In this document: positions 9,830 to 20,824 of the stretch, in pieces
Numbering within the stretch: the first letter of the stretch is position 1
Layout: every line of letters begins with the position of its first letter
Source: a virus
Taxonomy: Duplodnaviria; Caudoviricetes
Strand: one strand, 5' to 3'
DNA length: 43,589 nt
IMG/VR virus record: IMGVR_UViG_3300017903_000243
Location: 1 to 43,589 of that record
The notes under the pieces: model-generated
What the model was told of the DNA's origin: nothing
Seen by the model: only the letters and a program-made list of their open reading frames with translations
Databases searched by the model: none
Made by a program: the position numbers and the translations under genes

Positions 9830-11818
9830 ATGAGCAATATTGCAAGAATGATGCAAAGAGCTACTGCAGGTGCAGGTGGTGCAGGTTTAGATATAGACGA
9901 GGTGTTCAGCACTTATTTGTATACTGGGACAGGTTCTGCGCACACTATACAAAATGGTATTGATTTAACAGAAGGTGGCTTGGTTTGGACTAAATCGAGA
10001 GGGGCGCATAATCACTCGTTACACGATAGTGCTAGAGGCGTTACATGTTTACTAAAATCAAATGCAACAAACGCTCAATATTGTGATAGCACCCAAATAT
10101 CAGCATTTACTTCAAACGGTTTTACTGTTGGAACAGATGGTTCCAGTAACACAAGCGGCAGAGACTACGCCTCTTGGACATGGCGCAAAGCCCCTAAATT
10201 TTTTGATGTTGTGACATATACTGGGGATGGAACTAATTATAGAAATATAAGTCATAATTTAGGAACTACTGTAGGTCATGTTATTGTAAAAAAAGTAAGT
10301 GGTGGTTCAGCAGCAGGTTGGATAAATTGGCATAGAACTTTTAGCGATTATCAGTCTGTATTTTTAAATACAACTGAAGCAGTTTACAGTGGTGGTAGTA
10401 ATGGTGGAGTATTTGGTCAAACCTCTGGTTTTACAAGCACACAGTTTCAATTAGGTGGCCCAGATAACATAACTTATCATAATGAAAACGGTTCGAGTTA
10501 CGTAGCCTATTTATTCGCACACAACGATGGTGACGGAGAGTTTGGCCCTGATGCTGACCAAGATGTTATTAAGTGTGGGAGTTATGCAGGTCAAAGTTCT
10601 GGCGGTACTGATATAGATGTTAATTTAGGATTTGAACCTCAATGGCTTTTGTTAAAGCCAAATGCGTCAGCTTCTTGGTACATTCTTGATAATATGCGTG
10701 GTATAGCCACTGGTGGTAATTCAGAAAGATTATTTCCAAATAATACAAATGCGGAAAGTAGCACTACTGGCGTTGCGCTCACGCCAACTGGTTTTACTGT
10801 AACAGCAGGTTCTGAATTAGCTTATGCATCAGGTTATGACATAATATACATGGCAATCAGACGTGGCCCACTCGCAGAGCCTACCAGTGCGACTGATGTG
10901 TTTGGTAGTTTAGCTTATACTGGAAATGGTGCTAGCACCAGAGAATTTACAGTTGGAAGTGCTGTTTCTGATATGTTGCTTCAAATGTGTCGTTCAAGTT
11001 CTAGTTATAATTATCCTAATATAGGAAGTCGTTTAACTGGTAAAGGCATAAACACCTCTTCATCAGCAAGTGAAATTATTCTGGCATATGACTTTGATAA
11101 AATGGATGGTGTACATGAAACTGGTTTTGAAAATACATTAAATCAATCATCTGAAACATACATAATGCACTCATGGAAACGTGCACCCTCGTATTTCGAT
11201 GTGGTTGCTTACACAGGCACAGGAAGCGCAAGAACTGTAAGTCATAACTTAGGTGTAGCACCAGAGATGATGTGGGTAAAACCAAGGGAAACAGGGTTAG
11301 CCTCTAGTGATTGGTGGGTTTTTCACAAAGACTTATCAACTCCTGCTGATGACTCTTTAGTTTTAAATTCAAATGGTGCAGAAAACACAGGTAACGGTGC
11401 TCTGCTGTGGAATAGCACAATGCCGACAAACAGTGTTTTTTCACTTGGTACGTACAATGGCATAAATCAATCAGGTAGAGACTTCATAGCCTACCTTTTC
11501 GCTACCGTAGCAGGTGTATCCAAGGTGGGAAGCTATACTGGGACAGGTGGAACAAACACTCAAGTTATCGACTGTGGTTTTAGTGCAGGTGCTAGGTTTG
11601 TTCTTTTAAAAAGATACAATGCTTCTGGTTATGACTGGCAGGTTTTTGATACAGAACGAGGGATCACATCTGGCAACGATGCAAAACTTGCTCTTAATAC
11701 TACTGCCGCTGAAAGCACTATAAACTGGGGTATCAATCCAAATAGTTCTGGTTTTGAAGTCACTGGAAACGGTCTTAATGAAAGTGGTGGAGAATGGATT
11801 TTCTACGCAATCGCATAG
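9830..11818 (+). CDS. putative receptor-binding / tail-appendage protein B2 (paralogue of 6345-8342)
   Basis: 662 aa. Shares 'GAGGAGLD..EVFS', 'AYLFAHN..DGEFGP..DQD.IKCG', 'AGVSKVGSYTG', 'IDCGFS.GARFV' and 'FYAIA*'. Confidence 0.7.
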   Translation: MSNIARMMQRATAGAGGAGLDIDEVFSTYLYTGTGSAHTIQNGIDLTEGGLVWTKSRGAHNHSLHDSARGVTCLLKSNATNAQYCDSTQISAFTSNGFTVGTDGSSNTSGRDYASWTWRKAPKFFDVVTYTGDGTNYRNISHNLGTTVGHVIVKKVSGGSAAGWINWHRTFSDYQSVFLNTTEAVYSGGSNGGVFGQTSGFTSTQFQLGGPDNITYHNENGSSYVAYLFAHNDGDGEFGPDADQDVIKCGSYAGQSSGGTDIDVNLGFEPQWLLLKPNASASWYILDNMRGIATGGNSERLFPNNTNAESSTTGVALTPTGFTVTAGSELAYASGYDIIYMAIRRGPLAEPTSATDVFGSLAYTGNGASTREFTVGSAVSDMLLQMCRSSSSYNYPNIGSRLTGKGINTSSSASEIILAYDFDKMDGVHETGFENTLNQSSETYIMHSWKRAPSYFDVVAYTGTGSARTVSHNLGVAPEMMWVKPRETGLASSDWWVFHKDLSTPADDSLVLNSNGAENTGNGALLWNSTMPTNSVFSLGTYNGINQSGRDFIAYLFATVAGVSKVGSYTGTGGTNTQVIDCGFSAGARFVLLKRYNASGYDWQVFDTERGITSGNDAKLALNTTAAESTINWGINPNSSGFEVTGNGLNESGGEWIFYAIA

Positions 11819-11826
11819 GCTAATCA

Positions 11827-12081
11827 ATGAACGACATTACACTTACAGTAGAACAGTTAGAAGACATGCTAGATAATGCAGCTAGACGTGGAGCTAAAGA
11901 GGCATTACGTTCTATTGGATTACTTGATGATGACGCACAAAAAGATATTATAGAAATGAGAAGTTTGCTAGAGGCATGGCGTGACACACGTAAATCGTTC
12001 TGGTCAACTGTAGTTAAATTAACCACTGTCGCACTGCTAACTTTTATTGCAGGTGCAGTGTGGATGACAATGGGTAAATAA
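11827..12081 (+). CDS. small membrane protein (holin-like, DUF6127-like)
   Basis: 84 aa. 'AARRGAKEAL..IGL.D..A..DI.EMRSLLEAWR' followed by one C-terminal TM helix. Confidence 0.6.
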   Translation: MNDITLTVEQLEDMLDNAARRGAKEALRSIGLLDDDAQKDIIEMRSLLEAWRDTRKSFWSTVVKLTTVALLTFIAGAVWMTMGK

Positions 12082-12091
12082 GGAATAGATT

Positions 12092-15000
12092 ATGGCAGAA
12101 GAAAATACAACAGATAATATACCTGCATGGGTAGACCCTGACTACAGTTATGATCCTGCTAATCCACGTAAGCCTAACATGCGTGAAATGATGGAAATGA
12201 TTGCAGGTAAAACTGTAGAAGAACTTTATGCTGACCCTAATTCTAATTGGCAAGATATTTCAAAACAAGCATCTGATCTTATATATGGTTCTGTTGGTTC
12301 TAATACAGACACACGTGATTTTGTTGCTATTACTAATGCAGCTACCGATCCTGTTACAGGAGAAATAGATGCAGATAAATTTGTTGCAGCTACACAAATT
12401 GCTACATCACAAATGTACGGTGGTACAACTGTAGCTTATCAGGCAGGTGGTTATCAAACAGATGAAGCAGGTAATACCGTTATAGATACAGATGGTAATC
12501 CTGTACTGCTACCACCCAGTTTATATGTTGTAGGTAACAACGGTACAATTTTAAGAGGTTTGTCTGGTAATGCAGAACAAATGTCTAATACACTAAAAAC
12601 TTTTGGTGTACAAGATGCGTCTTGGATAGACTCTGTTTCTGCATCTATGGGAGATGCTATAAACCCAAATACTCAACAGGCTTTTGATGCATTAAAAGAA
12701 ACATATAATCCTTTTGCGAATTATCAAGACCTTTTAAATATATCAGGTTTAATTACAAGTGAAGCACCTAAAATAGATAATTTTAAAATTGTATCTGGTA
12801 TGACTCCAAAAGAAGATACAAAAGTTGTAGAAGAAACTATTACTACCCCTCAAGCTACTACTACAACTACTACTCCTCAAACTACTACACCAGATATAGC
12901 TTTAACTACACCTCAAGCTGCACAAGCAGTGCCTACAACTACTTATACTCCAACAACTCCTCAAGTAACTCCTCAAACAGTAGCTACAAACATTGTTACA
13001 CCTGCTACTCCTACTACTACAGGAACTATGGGTACACCTTTACAGACAGCAGGTTTATCTGCAGTACCATCAACTATTCAGGTAAATCCAAATGTAACTG
13101 GTACTACTATGGCTAATCTTACTTCTCAATCTCAAACAGGTTTTGGGGGTATAAGAAAATATAGAAATAATACGACAGGATTAGAGATGATGATTTCAGT
13201 AGATGCTCAAGGTAATCCATTAACAATGGTACCACCTGGATATACTCAGGTTCAAGGTCAATTTGAGGGTGGTTCTGTTTCAGAAGATTCTCCAGATGTA
13301 AAACTTGCAAGAAAATTTTTAGGGTTTGATGGTCCATCATCTCAACTTACAAACTTTTTAGCTGCAAATCCTGCAGCAGCAGCTCGTATGGGTAAATATC
13401 AACAAGCTATGTCTGGTATGGCACAAAACAGAGTTGGTGCTCAAACAGGTGTTGCAGGAACATCTCTTGAAGATTTTCAAAAAATGCAACAAAACCTTAT
13501 CACTCAAACCATGCAACCTACTACAGGAACTGTTAGTCAGATTACACCTCAAGCTGCAGACTTTATTGCACCTACTGCAGGTCAGGCTGCTCCTGTAGCT
13601 CCTATGGCTGAGGTTGCTACAGTAGGTACTGTACAACAAGCTGCTATGCCTACAGCAATAACTCCAGGTACTATAACTGCTGATACTGCTGCAGCAGATG
13701 TAGCTGCAGAAGCTGCAAAGTTTACTCCACAAGTAGGCACAATAACACCAGGGGCTACTATTACTGCTGCACAACAGCAAACAACTTCTGTTGCTAATGT
13801 AGAGGCTGCTCAAGGTACAGCTACTATGGTTAATGCACCTGATAAAAGAGATATACAAGAAGGTGAAATAATATCTGGTGCTGCTGATGCAGAAAAAGCT
13901 GCTACATTTAATGAACAGATACAAGCTGCTACAGCTACACCAAGTAAACAGGCTACAGTTGCAGGTCAACTAGAAGGACTTATGGCTCAATTTGAAGGTG
14001 GTGCTACACCTGCTTGGGCTGCAGGATCTATGCGTACCGCAATGGCTACACTCTCTGCTCGTGGTCTTGGTGCATCTAGTTTAGCAGGACAAGCAGTTAT
14101 ACAGGCAGCTATGGAAGCTGCATTGCCTATTGCTCAAATGGATGCTTCAGTACAAGCACAATTTGAAGCACAAAACTTGACAAACAGACAACAACGTGCT
14201 ATGCTTGCAGCACAACAAAGAGCGCAATTTCTAGGTCAAGAGTTTGATCAAGAGTTTCAAGCTCGTGTTCAAAACTCAGCACGTATCGGTGACATTGCTA
14301 ATTTAAATTTTACTGCAGAACAAAACATTGCTTTAGAAAACTCTCGTGCAGTTAATACTATGAATTTAAATAACTTGTCAAATAGACAAGCATTAGTAAT
14401 GGCAGAAGCTGCTGCACTATCTCAGTTAGATACGCAAAATTTAAATAATAGACAACAAACTGCTGTACAAAATGCTCAAAACTTTTTGCAGATGGATATG
14501 ACTAATCTTGCAAATGCACAGCAAACAGAGTTGTTTAAAGCTCAACAAAACATACAAGCTTTGTTTACTGATCAAGCTGCTACAAATGCTGCTGCACAGT
14601 TTAATGCTACTAGTGAAAATCAAACTAATCAGTTCTTTGCTAATCTTTCTGCACAGACATCTCAGTTTAATGCTTCACAACAAAATGCTATGGATCAGTT
14701 TAATGTAAACACTACTAATGCTATGCGTCAGTTTAACTCTGAAGTGCAGCAACAACGTGATTTGTTTAATGCACAAAATGGTTTAGTTATTGCTCAGGCT
14801 AATGCACAGTGGAGACAGAACATAGCAACGTTAAATACTGCTGCTGTTAATGAAGCAAACATGGACTTTGCCAAAACTATAAATGCTATGAGTGCTAAAA
14901 ACTTAGATGAGATCTGGCAACGTGAACGTGATATTATGTCGTTTGCATTCACTGCTGATCAGTCTGCAATGGATAGAGCATTGCAAATTATTCTTGGTGA

Positions 15001-15136
15001 TAAAGAATTAGAAGTAGCTAGAGAAAAACTTTCTGCGGCTGAAAGTGCAGCTGATACAGAGCTTGCTATGAGATTCTTGTTTGGTACAAGTCCTGGCGGT
15101 ATTTTAGGTACACTTGGAAAAATAGCAGGTGGCTAG
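12092..15136 (+). CDS. internal virion (ejection) protein
   Basis: 1014 aa with a Thr/Pro linker and a long Q/N/A-rich helical repeat C-half; located after the tail genes. Confidence 0.7.
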   Translation: MAEENTTDNIPAWVDPDYSYDPANPRKPNMREMMEMIAGKTVEELYADPNSNWQDISKQASDLIYGSVGSNTDTRDFVAITNAATDPVTGEIDADKFVAATQIATSQMYGGTTVAYQAGGYQTDEAGNTVIDTDGNPVLLPPSLYVVGNNGTILRGLSGNAEQMSNTLKTFGVQDASWIDSVSASMGDAINPNTQQAFDALKETYNPFANYQDLLNISGLITSEAPKIDNFKIVSGMTPKEDTKVVEETITTPQATTTTTTPQTTTPDIALTTPQAAQAVPTTTYTPTTPQVTPQTVATNIVTPATPTTTGTMGTPLQTAGLSAVPSTIQVNPNVTGTTMANLTSQSQTGFGGIRKYRNNTTGLEMMISVDAQGNPLTMVPPGYTQVQGQFEGGSVSEDSPDVKLARKFLGFDGPSSQLTNFLAANPAAAARMGKYQQAMSGMAQNRVGAQTGVAGTSLEDFQKMQQNLITQTMQPTTGTVSQITPQAADFIAPTAGQAAPVAPMAEVATVGTVQQAAMPTAITPGTITADTAAADVAAEAAKFTPQVGTITPGATITAAQQQTTSVANVEAAQGTATMVNAPDKRDIQEGEIISGAADAEKAATFNEQIQAATATPSKQATVAGQLEGLMAQFEGGATPAWAAGSMRTAMATLSARGLGASSLAGQAVIQAAMEAALPIAQMDASVQAQFEAQNLTNRQQRAMLAAQQRAQFLGQEFDQEFQARVQNSARIGDIANLNFTAEQNIALENSRAVNTMNLNNLSNRQALVMAEAAALSQLDTQNLNNRQQTAVQNAQNFLQMDMTNLANAQQTELFKAQQNIQALFTDQAATNAAAQFNATSENQTNQFFANLSAQTSQFNASQQNAMDQFNVNTTNAMRQFNSEVQQQRDLFNAQNGLVIAQANAQWRQNIATLNTAAVNEANMDFAKTINAMSAKNLDEIWQRERDIMSFAFTADQSAMDRALQIILGDKELEVAREKLSAAESAADTELAMRFLFGTSPGGILGTLGKIAGG

Positions 15137-15151
15137 CATAAGGAATAAAAA

Positions 15152-15892
15152 ATGTCTGAATTAGAATATAAAGATAACTATTTGAGTCTTGTTCAAGCTC
15201 TACAAATGGGTGGAACTGCAGGTTTAGAAGCTTTAAAATCTTCTAGAGGTGCTAGAGGTCTTGGAAGACGTTTAGACCCTAATAGGTACGTATCAGATGA
15301 AGAAGTTGAAGAGTCATCTTTATCTAAAAGATTACTGGATAAAATGGATAGTGTCCAAAAAGAAAATGAAAGTATGCTAGCACAACTGGCAGATATAGAT
15401 GTTGAACAAGATCCTGTAACTGGAGATTTAAAACCTTATATGCGAGACCCCAATATGAAAACTTCTGGGGATATAGCAAAGTTTATTGCAGAGTTTGAAA
15501 AATTTAGTCCTAAAGCATATGATGACTATGGTAGACTATCTATTGGATATGGTACAAAAGCAAGTAGCCCTGATCAAACTATAACTAAAGAAGAAGCTTT
15601 AGCTGCTATGAATAAAGAAATCGAAAAGGCTAGAAATATTGTTTTAAAAGCTAAAGAAGAACATGGTTACGATTGGTCTCAAAATCAAATTGATGCTTTA
15701 ACCAGTTTTACTTATAACGCAGGTGGAACAAACTTTAAAAGACTTCTTACAGGTGATGAAGGTGGTATGCGAGGGGATGAAGAAATTGCTTTGATGATTA
15801 CAGAGTATAATACTGCAGGGGGTAAAGTACTTCCAGGACTTACAAAACGTAGAGAAGCAGAACTTAAATTATTCGAAGAGGGGTATAGCTAA
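15152..15892 (+). CDS. virion-associated lysozyme (GH24 phage lysozyme domain)
   Basis: 'FE.F...AYDD...SIGYG', 'QIDALTSFTYNAG' and 'LPGLTKRREAE..LF'; lies among the internal virion genes. Confidence 0.85.
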   Translation: MSELEYKDNYLSLVQALQMGGTAGLEALKSSRGARGLGRRLDPNRYVSDEEVEESSLSKRLLDKMDSVQKENESMLAQLADIDVEQDPVTGDLKPYMRDPNMKTSGDIAKFIAEFEKFSPKAYDDYGRLSIGYGTKASSPDQTITKEEALAAMNKEIEKARNIVLKAKEEHGYDWSQNQIDALTSFTYNAGGTNFKRLLTGDEGGMRGDEEIALMITEYNTAGGKVLPGLTKRREAELKLFEEGYS

Positions 15893-16398
15893 TGCTGACA
15901 TTTGAAAGACCTATACCAGGCCAGTCATTGACTGCAGAACCAAAGAGTCAAGCTTTTGAAAGACCTCCAGAAATAACTGACCCTATCGAAGCTCTAGATT
16001 TACATATAGATAATCTTTCTAGAGAAGGTGCGATGGAAGATGTCTTGTACTTTTTAGAATTTGGTGTAGATCTTGTAACACTTGTTCAAGGTATACTTCG
16101 CAGTGCTGTTATGGAAGGCTTACACAGCATTGATGTAAGTCTTATTATAGCACCTGTTTTACATGAACATATAAAAGGTTATGCTGAGGCAGCTAAACTA
16201 GATTATGACGAAGGCTTTGAAAATAAAGAAGGTAAAAAAGCTTTAGCTTATAAACGTGATGTTGCTCGTGCTAAAGAAATGATGAAAAAACTTAAAGAAG
16301 AAGAGGGTGAAGCTCCAACTCCAGAGCCTATGGAAGAGCCAGAGCCAGAGGTACAAGAACAAGAACCAGTTAAAACTGGTCTAATGGCGAGGATGTAA
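15892..16398 (+). CDS. conserved virion-module protein
   Basis: 168 aa 'PIPGQSLT.EPK...ERPPE', ending 'GLMARM'; translationally coupled to neighbours. Confidence 0.6.
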   Translation: MLTFERPIPGQSLTAEPKSQAFERPPEITDPIEALDLHIDNLSREGAMEDVLYFLEFGVDLVTLVQGILRSAVMEGLHSIDVSLIIAPVLHEHIKGYAEAAKLDYDEGFENKEGKKALAYKRDVARAKEMMKKLKEEEGEAPTPEPMEEPEPEVQEQEPVKTGLMARM

Positions 16399-16400
16399 CT

Positions 16401-17366
16401 ATGGGAATTAGCTCACTAGGAATGCTAAACTACTTTGATAAAGTAGATGCAGAAAGACTTCGTATTGAAGAACTAAAAAATAGACGAGAGGACTTTATAT
16501 TGCAGCTAGGTTTAGCTGGAGGTGGTGGTAGTGCAAGCTCTACAAAAAAGAGTGAGGGTGCTGCTGAAAAAGCTTTAAAAATGCAGACGAGGTTAAGTAG
16601 CTCAGATATAAAAGATGAAGATACTTTAAGTTGGTATAACAATCTTTTTGAAGATCCTATGGCAACAGCTGAAGTATATGACTTTGTAGAGGATCAAGCT
16701 AAAAATTATGATCGTAATATTAACCTCAGAGATCTTCCAACTTTAATAAGTATTATACAAGCACCTACATCTGTAGAAGATAAAATAGACTTGTTTAGGG
16801 AGTTTGAAATTGTAGATTTAACAAACAAAGAAGAGTTTTATAACTTAGCAAAAAGAGTTAAAAATATGACTGCTCAAAGTGGTCGTACAGTTTTTATTGA
16901 TATAGATCCACAGACTATACAAAAAACTGATTTTACAGCTAGACAACAACAATTTGACGGTGTCCTACAAAATGTAGTTAGAACTGCTCGTGCAGGTTTA
17001 GAAAATGATCCTGATAGGATAAATACACAGAATGCTTTAAATAACTTAACGAGTAGTGATTCAGGAACTAGAGCCGATGCTAGAGATTATTTATTATCTA
17101 GATTTATAACACCTGAATTTATTGAAAGTCTTGAGGCAGAAAATAAATCTGCTTATCGTGGATTATCTGAAAATTTTATGATTAAGCCTTACTTAAAATC
17201 TTCTATGCCTACTTCTGATATGGTTCCGCCATCACCAACAAATACTACTCGTGTAGTAACACAAGAAATGGCAAATAAAGATCGTAGACTTAGACCTTAT
17301 GTAGGTCAAGAAATTGAATTTGAATTAAAAGAGGATGGTCAATATTATCCTATACTAGGAGATTAA
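16401..17366 (+). CDS. putative internal virion protein
   Basis: 321 aa helical ORF in the ejection-protein block. Confidence 0.55.
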   Translation: MGISSLGMLNYFDKVDAERLRIEELKNRREDFILQLGLAGGGGSASSTKKSEGAAEKALKMQTRLSSSDIKDEDTLSWYNNLFEDPMATAEVYDFVEDQAKNYDRNINLRDLPTLISIIQAPTSVEDKIDLFREFEIVDLTNKEEFYNLAKRVKNMTAQSGRTVFIDIDPQTIQKTDFTARQQQFDGVLQNVVRTARAGLENDPDRINTQNALNNLTSSDSGTRADARDYLLSRFITPEFIESLEAENKSAYRGLSENFMIKPYLKSSMPTSDMVPPSPTNTTRVVTQEMANKDRRLRPYVGQEIEFELKEDGQYYPILGD

Positions 17367-17369
17367 TAG

Positions 17370-20300
17370 ATGACTGGATTTACTCTAGAAGAACTAGGAC
17401 CGCAACAACAACCAAAAGGTTTTAGTCCCGAAGAGTTAGGTATTGGATTACCTAAACCACAACCTGCTCTTCCTGAGCCAGGAACTTATTCAGAGAATGA
17501 AATGGTGGAAGATGACCGTATGTTTTCCATCATTAATAATTACATGATTGACCGCTATGGATTACAATCTATAGAGGGTCAAAGTCGTGCAAAAATTGTA
17601 GATGATTTTTTAGATAATAGACGTGGTGTAGCAGGTGGTAACACTGTACGTGGTTTATCTGAAATGGATTATCTAAATGATATAGAAGATGATGAAGATA
17701 AGATGGCTCATGCACATGCTGCTGCAGCTTTGTATGAAAACATGGCAGGTTTGTATACTAAAGAAACCACACTTGGTGAAAAAGTTCGTGGTACAGGAGA
17801 TTTTATACGCCAAGGTATTCTTGATCCAGTAAACATAGTAGGTGGACTTGTAGGTAAATTTGTTGGTGGTGGTGCTATAAGAGTAGGTACTAACGTTGCT
17901 AAGAAAAAAGCACTGCAAAAGATGGCTGAAAAACAAGCCACAGGTGCTAGTGCTAAAGCTGTTTCACAAACTGGTAAAAAGGTTTTTGTTAAAGCAATAG
18001 ATGAAGCAGGTAAAGCTACTACTAATCAAGTTAAAAACTATTCAGCCCAACTACTATCATCTCGTGGTCTCAAACGTCTAGCACAAAAAGGAGCACTTAC
18101 TGAAATTGCTACCACTGCTAGCATTGATGCTGTAGTAAACGTTGGTATGGAATACTTATATCAAAATGGTTTGATAGAGTTAGGTGTTCGTGACAATTAC
18201 GATAAGTTTGCTATGGGTATTGCTGCTGTAGGTGCAGTTGGAATAGGTGGTATTCAAGCAGGTAAGGTTATGCTTAGAGGTGAGTCTAAGGTAGCTGCAC
18301 CGTCTGTATCTGTAACTCAACCAGAAGCTAAAGATGTAATGAAAACTTTGTCTGAGTCTATACGAGATTATGTAAACTCAGTAGTACCAAAAAGTGGTAC
18401 TTGGACTAAAAAGGTAAAAGGTGGTGTAGAACTTAAAGATCTTGACACAGACTTTTTTGTAGATTTACTTCTTGGTCATGTAGACGATGAGGGTAATGTT
18501 GTTCTTAAAGGTCTAGCTCAGATTGCACAAGAACGTGGACTTGTGTATATTTCAAGAGGAGAGGGTGATCTTTATAGTAACTGGATGGCTGATGTAATTA
18601 AACAATCAGATCCAAAAGATATAAAGACTTTTATCAAAGCTTTTGAAAAGTCCACTGGTAATAAACTTAAAGAAGCTAAGACTCTTACGATAGAAGATTT
18701 TGCTAATACTTTTGCACTTAAGATGAATGCCTCTGCCAGAGTTCTTAATGCAGCATCTCAGGGTTCAAAGCTAAACGGTACATCAATTAAAGATGTACAG
18801 ATAGCTGAGATGATAGACACAGCTTTAGATCTAGGATTTTTAAAAGGTGATAAAACTAAAGCAGAAGGTTTATCAGAAAAACTTCCAGACTTTATTCGTA
18901 ATAATCAAAATAGATTGATTAGATTACTTGTATCTAACCCATCAACCAGTGCTCTTAACATGATTGGTTGGGGTGCTAATGCAGGTATTAATACAGTATC
19001 TGATATGGCCCTAATGACTCTTCATGCAGGTAGAGGAACATTAGCTAAAGCCATTGGTATGGAACAAGCAGGAGAAAAATCATACAAAATTGCAAGAAGT
19101 ATACTTGACTCTAATTATTTTCGTATGAGGTTATTATTAGATCCTGACATGACTCATGCAGCATTTGAGTCAGCTTTAACTAGAAACTCAAAAGCATTAC
19201 AAACACTTGCAAGCACATTACCAGGTGGTATTGATAATGTAACTAAACTTGTTACGGATGGTAAGTTTACACCCAATCAAAAACTTGTTGGGCAAAAAGC
19301 AGAAGATGCTGTAGACCTCATTCAAACATTATCATTTGTTAAAGCTCAAGATAACTTTACTAAGTCTCAAGAGTTTATTTTTCAAATGGATAAACAGTTA
19401 AGACTTGTAACTGGTAAAGGTTGGTCAGAGTTTTACAACTGGGAAGATGCTGCCAAGTTTATGTCTACTAAAGCTTATACAGAAATAGAAACAAAAGCTG
19501 TTAGTAGAACTCTAGAAAATATTTTTTCTAAATCCTACAAAGGCTCAGGACTTGTTGGTGAAGTTGCGGCTGTAATTGAAGATGCAAGAAATATTCCTGC
19601 AATTGGTCTACTTATACCTTTTGGTAGATTTTTTAATAATACAGTAGATTTTGGATTACAAGCATCTGGACTTGCTATTGCAGGTAAAGCTGCAGGTAAA
19701 TATTCAGATAAAGAATACGGAGAACTTTTTACCAAAGCTGCTGTATCTTGGAGCCTTGCTTCACTTATGGTACAACAGGAAAGAGAAGATAGAAAAGCTG
19801 GACTTGGTTTGTATCAATCATCTGTTGGTGGTGAAGTTGTTACTAGGCAGTATGACTATCCTGTTTCAGCATTTAAAGCTGCAGCAAGGGTGGCTTCATA
19901 TTGGATGGATGGAGAAGAGCCACCTGCTGAACTACTTCAGCAAGTTGCACGAGATTTTACTTTACAAGGACTTCTTAGAAACCTAGATAAAACTCAACAA
20001 GATGTTACTGGAATTTTCTTTTATATGTTTCAAGGAGATATGAAAGAATCTTGGAGAGCCTTTGGTAAATCTTTTGGTGGTATAGGTTCTCAAGTTATAT
20101 CTTCAGGAACACGTTTTATAGAACCTGTGAATACACTTGCAGGTATTGCAAGCGGTCAACAAGCTAGACCTATTGATCGTTATCAGGGGAGTAAGTTTTA
20201 TAATGACTCTACTCGTTATATAGATAATATCCTACCTTTGTTTCTTGGAGAGTCAATAAGAGGAGAAACACTTAAACAGGCAGCTATAGGTGAGGCTGAC

Positions 20301-20822
20301 ATTACATCTACAAAGTCTTTAGGTATAAGACCAATCAGGCTTACAGATACTCAACGTGTAATGAATATGTTAGGTTACGATACCTTTAGTTTGAATGCTG
20401 CAAGAAAAATTAGAATGAAAGCACCAGAAGCTGCTAACGAATATAATGGCATATTATTTGATATTATTGAAGCTAAATCTTCAGCTCTTATGGATAGTAA
20501 AGCTTTTAGAGGTATGCCACTTAAAAAACAAAGGCTCTATTGGCAACAAGAAATACTACCTGAAGCTAAAGAGTTAGCTAAAAGTTTTTTATATTTACAA
20601 TACTCAGGTCCACTTGATACAATTGATTTGCAGTATGAACTGTCCAGTAAATATAATAATAAAAAAATTGACGATGCTGTAGAAGAATTGAACTTTGACG
20701 GTGATATAGGGGATATGACTAGAGCTGAACTCTATGTATTAAAAGAATATCTTTCAACAGTAGAGCAGATAGAAATGCTCAAAATTCCTGCGGAGGTTGG
20801 GGCAAAACAATACGAAAGATAG
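17370..20822 (+). CDS. large internal virion protein
   Basis: 1150 aa, last gene of the + arm, with an 'IPFGRFFNN' motif typical of large podovirus ejection proteins. Confidence 0.7.
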   Translation: MTGFTLEELGPQQQPKGFSPEELGIGLPKPQPALPEPGTYSENEMVEDDRMFSIINNYMIDRYGLQSIEGQSRAKIVDDFLDNRRGVAGGNTVRGLSEMDYLNDIEDDEDKMAHAHAAAALYENMAGLYTKETTLGEKVRGTGDFIRQGILDPVNIVGGLVGKFVGGGAIRVGTNVAKKKALQKMAEKQATGASAKAVSQTGKKVFVKAIDEAGKATTNQVKNYSAQLLSSRGLKRLAQKGALTEIATTASIDAVVNVGMEYLYQNGLIELGVRDNYDKFAMGIAAVGAVGIGGIQAGKVMLRGESKVAAPSVSVTQPEAKDVMKTLSESIRDYVNSVVPKSGTWTKKVKGGVELKDLDTDFFVDLLLGHVDDEGNVVLKGLAQIAQERGLVYISRGEGDLYSNWMADVIKQSDPKDIKTFIKAFEKSTGNKLKEAKTLTIEDFANTFALKMNASARVLNAASQGSKLNGTSIKDVQIAEMIDTALDLGFLKGDKTKAEGLSEKLPDFIRNNQNRLIRLLVSNPSTSALNMIGWGANAGINTVSDMALMTLHAGRGTLAKAIGMEQAGEKSYKIARSILDSNYFRMRLLLDPDMTHAAFESALTRNSKALQTLASTLPGGIDNVTKLVTDGKFTPNQKLVGQKAEDAVDLIQTLSFVKAQDNFTKSQEFIFQMDKQLRLVTGKGWSEFYNWEDAAKFMSTKAYTEIETKAVSRTLENIFSKSYKGSGLVGEVAAVIEDARNIPAIGLLIPFGRFFNNTVDFGLQASGLAIAGKAAGKYSDKEYGELFTKAAVSWSLASLMVQQEREDRKAGLGLYQSSVGGEVVTRQYDYPVSAFKAAARVASYWMDGEEPPAELLQQVARDFTLQGLLRNLDKTQQDVTGIFFYMFQGDMKESWRAFGKSFGGIGSQVISSGTRFIEPVNTLAGIASGQQARPIDRYQGSKFYNDSTRYIDNILPLFLGESIRGETLKQAAIGEADITSTKSLGIRPIRLTDTQRVMNMLGYDTFSLNAARKIRMKAPEAANEYNGILFDIIEAKSSALMDSKAFRGMPLKKQRLYWQQEILPEAKELAKSFLYLQYSGPLDTIDLQYELSSKYNNKKIDDAVEELNFDGDIGDMTRAELYVLKEYLSTVEQIEMLKIPAEVGAKQYER

Positions 20823-20824
20823 AT

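Noticed and set aside
6345-11818. Diversity-generating retroelement or invertible shufflon for the paralogous fibres
   Set aside because: No reverse transcriptase, no adenine-specific TR/VR pair seen, and both cassettes are in the same orientation.
248-19986. Many antisense or alternative-frame ORFs in the structural arm (e.g. 3159-3917, 13358-13969)
   Set aside because: They are shadows of long + strand genes with biased codon usage, and show no RBS or recognisable motifs.
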